Source: Gammaproteobacteria bacterium
GTDB taxonomy: Bacteria > Pseudomonadota > Gammaproteobacteria > Eutrophobiales > Eutrophobiaceae
DNA length: 64,000 nt
Assembly: GCA_965238225.1 (NCBI GenBank)
Contig: OZ250183.1
Location: 1,088,001-1,152,000 of the forward strand
Direction of reading: 5' to 3'
The notes under the pieces are model-generated. The model was not told the origin of the DNA, did no database searches, and saw nothing but the letters and a program-made list of their open reading frames with translations. The number at the start of each line of letters is the position of its first letter. The stretch's first letter is position 1. The position numbers and the translations under genes were made by a program. This document shows positions 58,642-64,000 of this stretch, one piece after another.

Positions 58642-59887
58642 ACCTAAGCGCCTCGGCAGCTTGTGTGTGTGCTGCTCTTAATGCGGGATAGATTGTCGCT
58701 AGTATGCAAAAAATGAACGCTACAATACTGATAACAATAACATCGTTCCAATGCATATCAGAAGGCAGATCGTTGATATAATAGACATCCGCTGAAAGAA
58801 ATTTCACGTCCAGAATATTTTCGATGGCAGGGATAATAGTTTCTACATTTATTGCTATACAGATACCGCTAATTGCACCAAATAAGATGCCAATCACGCC
58901 AATCAAAGTGCCTTGAATCATAAAGATCGCTAAAATACTTTTAGAACTGATGCCAATAGTTCTCAATACTGCGATATCTGCCTGTTTATCTGTAACTGTC
59001 ATGATTAATGTTGAAATGATATTGAATGCAGCAACAGCCACAATCAGTATCAAAATAAAAAACATTACGGTTTTTTCAGTCTTCAAGGCCTGAAAAAAAT
59101 TTGCATGTCTTTGTGTCCAGTCTTGCACCCAGAAATGTCCGGGTAGCTCCTTAGTAATATTTCTACTCACTTCTGGCGCAGTAAGAATGTTATTTGTTTT
59201 TATGCGTAACCCTGTAGGACCTAGCTTTCGAAATAAACGCATGGCATCATCCATATGAATGAGTGCCAAAGCACTGTCAAATTCATACATACCAATTTCA
59301 AAAATTCCTACAACCGTAAAACGTTTTAGTCTAGGCAAGATGCCTGCAGGAGTAATATTTGCCTGAGGGGATACTAATGTGACCTTATCGCCGTGAGTAA
59401 TGTCTAATGCTTGAGCGAGCTCTTTGCCAAGTAACATATTAAACTCTCCTGCCACAAGGCTTGAGAAATTACCCATAATCATTCTATCTGCAATTATAGA
59501 AACCTTGGTTTCTTCTTCTGGCAGAATGCCCCTGATGATAGTGCCATTAACATTTTTTGCATGAGTCAGCATGCCTTCAGCGTAAAAATAAGGCGCGACA
59601 CCAGTAACCTCAGGATAACGCGCTACTTCATCAGCTAAGGTTTTCCAATCTGAAAGAGATTTACCTTGCTCAACAATCGTGGCATGGGATGCCATGCCCA
59701 GTATCCTGTCGGTAAGTTCCTTTTCAAAACCATTCATGACAGATAGTACGATAATTAATGCCGCCACACCCAAACCAACGCCCAACATAGATATGAAAGA
59801 GATAAATGATATAAAATGGTTACGGCGTTTAGCTCTTACATAGCGTAGTCCAATAAATACTTCGACAGGTTTAAACATGGGCTGCAT
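58634..59887 (-). CDS. Lipoprotein-releasing ABC transporter permease (LolC/E/F type)
   Basis: [27 protein letters not shown] and PA.ALRYE-like C-terminus. Confidence 0.93.
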   Translation of the reverse strand: MQPMFKPVEVFIGLRYVRAKRRNHFISFISFISMLGVGLGVAALIIVLSVMNGFEKELTDRILGMASHATIVEQGKSLSDWKTLADEVARYPEVTGVAPYFYAEGMLTHAKNVNGTIIRGILPEEETKVSIIADRMIMGNFSSLVAGEFNMLLGKELAQALDITHGDKVTLVSPQANITPAGILPRLKRFTVVGIFEIGMYEFDSALALIHMDDAMRLFRKLGPTGLRIKTNNILTAPEVSRNITKELPGHFWVQDWTQRHANFFQALKTEKTVMFFILILIVAVAAFNIISTLIMTVTDKQADIAVLRTIGISSKSILAIFMIQGTLIGVIGILFGAISGICIAINVETIIPAIENILDVKFLSADVYYINDLPSDMHWNDVIVISIVAFIFCILATIYPALRAAHTQAAEALRYE

Positions 59888-59960
59888 TATAATGCCTCTT
59901 CCCAAGGTTTGGTAATGAAACATGGGTTAAATAAATTTTTTTATAATTTAAGGATTGCTC

Positions 59961-60626
59961 TTGAAGCTACTTGCATTAGACACAACTACTGAAGCCTGTT
60001 CTGCCGCGCTACACATTGATGGTGTCACTACAACAAAATACCTAATCGCACCTCGTAAACATGCGGAGCTTATCCTCAACATGGTTGATGAACTGCTTTT
60101 AGAGTCATCCCTATCACTTGCCAAGCTAAATGCTCTGGCATTTGGGCGTGGTCCTGGTGCATTTACTGGTGTACGTATCGCAACAGGCGTAATCCAAGGG
60201 CTGGCAATGTCGGCAAATTGCCCTGTTGTACCTGTCTCAACGCTTGCGGCCTTGGCACAGGGGGCATTTTTTAAATCAAACCAAGTAGCCTGTGCAATTG
60301 ATGCGCGTATGGGTGAAGTTTATTGGGGTTTATATCAAGCAAATGAGGATAATATTATGCGACTTATCGGTGAAGAAACCGTGTGTCCGCCTCACGTTGT
60401 GCCTATTCCTGACTCGAATGGCTGGCTGGGTGTTGGCAGTGGCTGGGAAACATACGCAAATGAACTTGCATCTAGGATGGGTAAATCATTATCCGCTTGC
60501 CGGACTGACAGCTACCCCTCTGCAGAGGCCATATGTATACTTGCGGTTGATGGTTTCGAACGTGGGGAGGCTGTGGATGCTGCCAGCGCTCTGCCTGTGT
60601 ATCTAAGAGATAAAGTTACAAGTTAA
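59961..60626 (+). CDS. tsaB: tRNA threonylcarbamoyladenosine biosynthesis protein TsaB
   Basis: LLALDTTTEACS, GPGAFTGVRI, DARMGEVY and PVYLR motifs. Confidence 0.95.
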   Translation: MKLLALDTTTEACSAALHIDGVTTTKYLIAPRKHAELILNMVDELLLESSLSLAKLNALAFGRGPGAFTGVRIATGVIQGLAMSANCPVVPVSTLAALAQGAFFKSNQVACAIDARMGEVYWGLYQANEDNIMRLIGEETVCPPHVVPIPDSNGWLGVGSGWETYANELASRMGKSLSACRTDSYPSAEAICILAVDGFERGEAVDAASALPVYLRDKVTS

Positions 60627-60684
60627 ATAACTTGCAAGGTAAAATGTTTCATTGTATTTTAGCTTCTTAAGTCAAATAAGCTTT

Positions 60685-61065
60685 TTAGTCAAGACCCGTT
60701 AAAAATTCGTTATACGAATTTTCATCCATAAGCGCTTCAACTTCTTCAGGAGATTGCAGAGAGACTGACAAAACCCAGCCATCACCTTCGGGATCAGTAT
60801 TAACCAATTCTGGATCATTTTGTAAATCTTCGTTCACAGAAAGTACAGAACCAGTTAATGGCATTTTTATTTCTTCTGCGGTTTTCACTGATTCTATAAC
60901 TGCAGCTACATCACCCTTGCCGAGTGTTTTGTCAATCTCAGGCATTTCGATATAAACTACATCACCTAATTGTTCTTGAGCATAATCAGTAATGCCTATT
61001 GTTGCTGTGTTGTCTTCTTCTAGCCTCACCCACTGATGATCTTCTGTGTATTTCAGTTCGCTCAT
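60685..61065 (-). CDS. gcvH: Glycine cleavage system H protein
   Basis: YTEDHQW, GITDYAQEQLGD and ESVK lipoyl-lysine motif. Confidence 0.95.
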   Translation of the reverse strand: MSELKYTEDHQWVRLEEDNTATIGITDYAQEQLGDVVYIEMPEIDKTLGKGDVAAVIESVKTAEEIKMPLTGSVLSVNEDLQNDPELVNTDPEGDGWVLSVSLQSPEEVEALMDENSYNEFLTGLD

Positions 61066-61249
61066 AAAAAAATTATTCTATTAATATATTTAATTATTAC
61101 TATATTTAAGATACTAGATAAATACTGTTAACCAGTGTTTCTTAACGACCCCATTACTTTTTACAATACAGCATCTCTATTTACATAGATAAAAACTGAC
61201 AAAAATATCCAAGGTTCACGATATTCATTGAGCTATAATAATTTCAAAC

Positions 61250-62053
61250 TTAATTTTTAATCGACATTTTTTTTACACGTAAAACATCAGTTTCTACTTT
61301 TCCGGATGTATATAACTTTAGATAACGAAAGCCAGCCGTACGATTGTCTTTTTGATATTCAGCAGAATTTGACGCGAATTGCACACAAGTAGAGGGTGAT
61401 GCCATTAAATGTACATCATTTCTCTTAGAGTTAAATTCCTGATGGATATGTCCCCATAACACTACTTTAACATGATGATATTGATCAAGCACTGCAAAAA
61501 AATCTTGTGGATTATTTAATCGCATACTATCTAACCATACGCTACCAATCTCTACAGGGGGATGGTGTAAGCACACCAATACATGTATATCCTGATTTTC
61601 TTCCAGTAATTTATTTAATAAATCTAATTCTATTTGCTGAAGCTGTCCTGCATGAGTATTCTGAAGAAAAGAATCTAGCATGATGATTAACCATGAGCCT
61701 ATTTCTATTGATTTTGAAGTATGGACATTATTGATATTTAGCAATTTATGCATCAAGGTTGGGGAGTCATGATTGCCCGGCAAGCAAAAGATTGGTGCTT
61801 CAATAGATTTAAATATTTCTAATAATTTTTCGTAAGCAATAGTTTTTGCATCATGAACTAGATCGCCTGTTGCTAATACAGCATCCACTGGAAAATTATT
61901 TTTTCTAGCCAAACGCAGAACTTTATTGAGAGAAACTGTAGTATCAATACCAGAAAAACTATCTTTTTTATCAGCAAAAATATGCGTGTCTGTGATTTGT
62001 AATAATTCTACAAAGTCTTGTTGTGCTGGATTTATTTTAAAATGATTATTCAT
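61250..62053 (-). CDS. cpdA: 3',5'-cyclic AMP phosphodiesterase
   Basis: QITDTH, TGDL, GNHD, HHPP, GHIH and PSTCVQF motifs. Confidence 0.9.
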   Translation of the reverse strand: MNNHFKINPAQQDFVELLQITDTHIFADKKDSFSGIDTTVSLNKVLRLARKNNFPVDAVLATGDLVHDAKTIAYEKLLEIFKSIEAPIFCLPGNHDSPTLMHKLLNINNVHTSKSIEIGSWLIIMLDSFLQNTHAGQLQQIELDLLNKLLEENQDIHVLVCLHHPPVEIGSVWLDSMRLNNPQDFFAVLDQYHHVKVVLWGHIHQEFNSKRNDVHLMASPSTCVQFASNSAEYQKDNRTAGFRYLKLYTSGKVETDVLRVKKMSIKN

Positions 62054-62084
62054 GAATGATTTCTCGTGGCATTTTTTTACAATG

Positions 62085-62462
62085 TTACTTAGCCCATCGC
62101 TCACCCAATATAGGCAATCTTCTGATGAATGGAATCAATAATGCAAAAGCAAGCAAGCCAAGAATATCTGTAAAAATATCAAAGAATGAGAATATTCTGT
62201 ATGGTAAAAAATATTGAATAACTTCCAGTAAAACACTATAGGCAATTAATGGAACAATTTTAGCCGTATTGAAACGAGAATGTGGAAATGAAAAATCCAG
62301 CAAAAACGCTAAAATAAAAAAAGCAAAGAAGTGATTCACTTTATCGTCAAGCAATATAATAACTATAGATTTTGATGAGGTTGCTGCTATATATGTGATG
62401 GTCACAAAACTGACGCATAGTAATAATCTATAATAAATAATATGACTGCGAGATAATTTCAT
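62085..62462 (-). CDS. VanZ-family membrane protein
   Basis: DKVNHFFAF...EVIQYFLPYR...D...D motif. Confidence 0.85.
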   Translation of the reverse strand: MKLSRSHIIYYRLLLCVSFVTITYIAATSSKSIVIILLDDKVNHFFAFFILAFLLDFSFPHSRFNTAKIVPLIAYSVLLEVIQYFLPYRIFSFFDIFTDILGLLAFALLIPFIRRLPILGERWAK

Positions 62463-62505
62463 TATCAGGGATAATTTTATTTCAGACAGAAACTTATAAT
62501 AATAA

Positions 62506-64000
62506 TTAGTGCATATTTTCAAAAAAGAAAGCATCAACATCTGCAAGATTCGTGCTTTTTTTCATATCAGGCAAACTTTTGAGAAAAATACTGCCATAAG
62601 ATTTTATTTTAAGCCTTGGGTCACAGATCATCAACACGCCATAATCATTAGCATCACGTATTAATCGACCTACGCCTTGTTTCAAACTAATAACAGCCTG
62701 TGGCAATTGATACATCATGAATGGGTTTTGTCCATTTTTCTCCATCTCCTGTGCACGTGCACGAAATACAGGGTCATCTGGCGGCGCAAAAGGTAATTTA
62801 TCAATAATGACACAAGAAAGTGCTTTACCTCTGACATCAACACCTTCCCAGAAACTAGTAGTACCCAATAAAATAGCATGCTGAGTCTCGCGGAATGACT
62901 GTAATAATTCTGATCGAGGCACATCCCCTTGCCGCATCAAAGGATAATCAATCCTTGGTTTTAACAGGCCATACGCCTCATCCATGGCGCGGTGACTGGT
63001 GAATAACAAAAATGCATGACCTTGGCTTGCCTCAATTACAGGCAAGGCCACGTTAATCACAGCCTCTGTATAAATCGATTCAGCAGGGCTTGGCATACCC
63101 TCAGGCAAATATAGCAATGCCTGTTTTTGATAATCAAAGGGACTGTCCCAGCTTTGTGCGTTTATCTGTGACAAACCAAGCTGGTTGGAAAAATGCGTAA
63201 AATCCTCCGCGACAGATAAGGTGGCTGAGGTATAGATACTATTACAATCATGTTCTGCTAAACGCGCCTGAAATGTTGCGGAGATATCCAGTGGGGTCTG
63301 ATGCAATAAAAAACCCCTGCCTCTGGTTTCCAGCCATTGTACTAAATCTTCTGATTCTCTTTCAATGAAAGTTTTTAAATTTTCGATCATGTTACTGCAT
63401 CGTTGCCAACAATTTTCCAGAGATTTGGAACGCTCCGAAAGAGTATCAAGATATTTTTCTAATGAATTTAAATGATCTAAAAATTCCTGTAATGCTTGTT
63501 TTACCTTTTTATCGGAAAATATTTCAACCCATACACTGCGTTTTTCCTTGCGACCAAGGCTCAAACGAAATCTACTCAAAGAAGTTTGGCATGCTCTGAT
63601 TTCGTCTAATATTCCTGCCATATCATTGGTATCTTGTAAATAAGCCGCCGTGGCATCACTGAATAACTCATTAAATTGTCGACTACTTAAAGTTTGGCTG
63701 AAAAATTCAGAGGCCAATGCCGGCAACTGATGCGCTTCATCAAAGATAATTGTATCTGCCTTAGGCAAGACTTCACCAAAACCTGACTCACGTAGCGCTA
63801 GGTCTGCTAACAGCAAATGATGATTGACAACGATTATTTCTGCTTCATTGGCCTTGCGTCTGGCCTTAAACACAAAGCAATCATCATAAAATTTGCACTC
63901 TTGTCCTAAACAATTCTCTGTATTGGAAATAATTTTAGAACGAATGACCGCATCTTCTGGTAAATCAATCAGTTCCGCCAGATCGCCTTTTTTTGTCTGT
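62506..64000 (-). CDS. yoaA: ATP-dependent DNA helicase YoaA/DinG family (3' part; start lies outside the window)
   Basis: VVNHHLL, FDEAH, SATL, FWEGVDV, IDKLPF and QGVGRLIR motifs. Confidence 0.92.
   Translation of the reverse strand, partial: QTKKGDLAELIDLPEDAVIRSKIISNTENCLGQECKFYDDCFVFKARRKANEAEIIVVNHHLLLADLALRESGFGEVLPKADTIIFDEAHQLPALASEFFSQTLSSRQFNELFSDATAAYLQDTNDMAGILDEIRACQTSLSRFRLSLGRKEKRSVWVEIFSDKKVKQALQEFLDHLNSLEKYLDTLSERSKSLENCWQRCSNMIENLKTFIERESEDLVQWLETRGRGFLLHQTPLDISATFQARLAEHDCNSIYTSATLSVAEDFTHFSNQLGLSQINAQSWDSPFDYQKQALLYLPEGMPSPAESIYTEAVINVALPVIEASQGHAFLLFTSHRAMDEAYGLLKPRIDYPLMRQGDVPRSELLQSFRETQHAILLGTTSFWEGVDVRGKALSCVIIDKLPFAPPDDPVFRARAQEMEKNGQNPFMMYQLPQAVISLKQGVGRLIRDANDYGVLMICDPRLKIKSYGSIFLKSLPDMKKSTNLADVDAFFFENMH

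Overview
AT-rich gammaproteobacterial chromosome segment. It is mostly core housekeeping genes: smc (partial), queF, dksA, metH, yccA, pntAB, serS-crcB-rarA, feoAB, metA, lolA-ftsK, trxB, aat-bpt-infA, kdsB-ycaR-lpxK-exbD-exbB-comEC, lolC/E-lolD, tsaB, gcvH, cpdA and yoaA (partial). It also carries two tRNAs, a cobalamin riboswitch and a probable SAH riboswitch. Accessory or unusual content: (i) a ~10.5 kb mosaic Ig-repeat autotransporter adhesin next to tRNA-Ser, broken by frameshifts that may be consensus artefacts; (ii) an integrase-less pair of integron attC cassettes after trxB; (iii) a B12-uptake operon built from BtuB, a DUF6580-type membrane protein, a decayed signal-less BtuF-like gene and PduO; (iv) a DksA with a 7x15-aa histone-H1-like tail; (v) many remnants the ORF track misses or captures only as fragments (gluQ, btuF-like, encapsulated ferritin, rimO, LMW-PTP, IS4, IS30), plus scattered 12-21 bp tandem duplications, which together suggest an eroding, possibly host-associated genome. 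All family calls come from motif recognition by eye, not from database searches.
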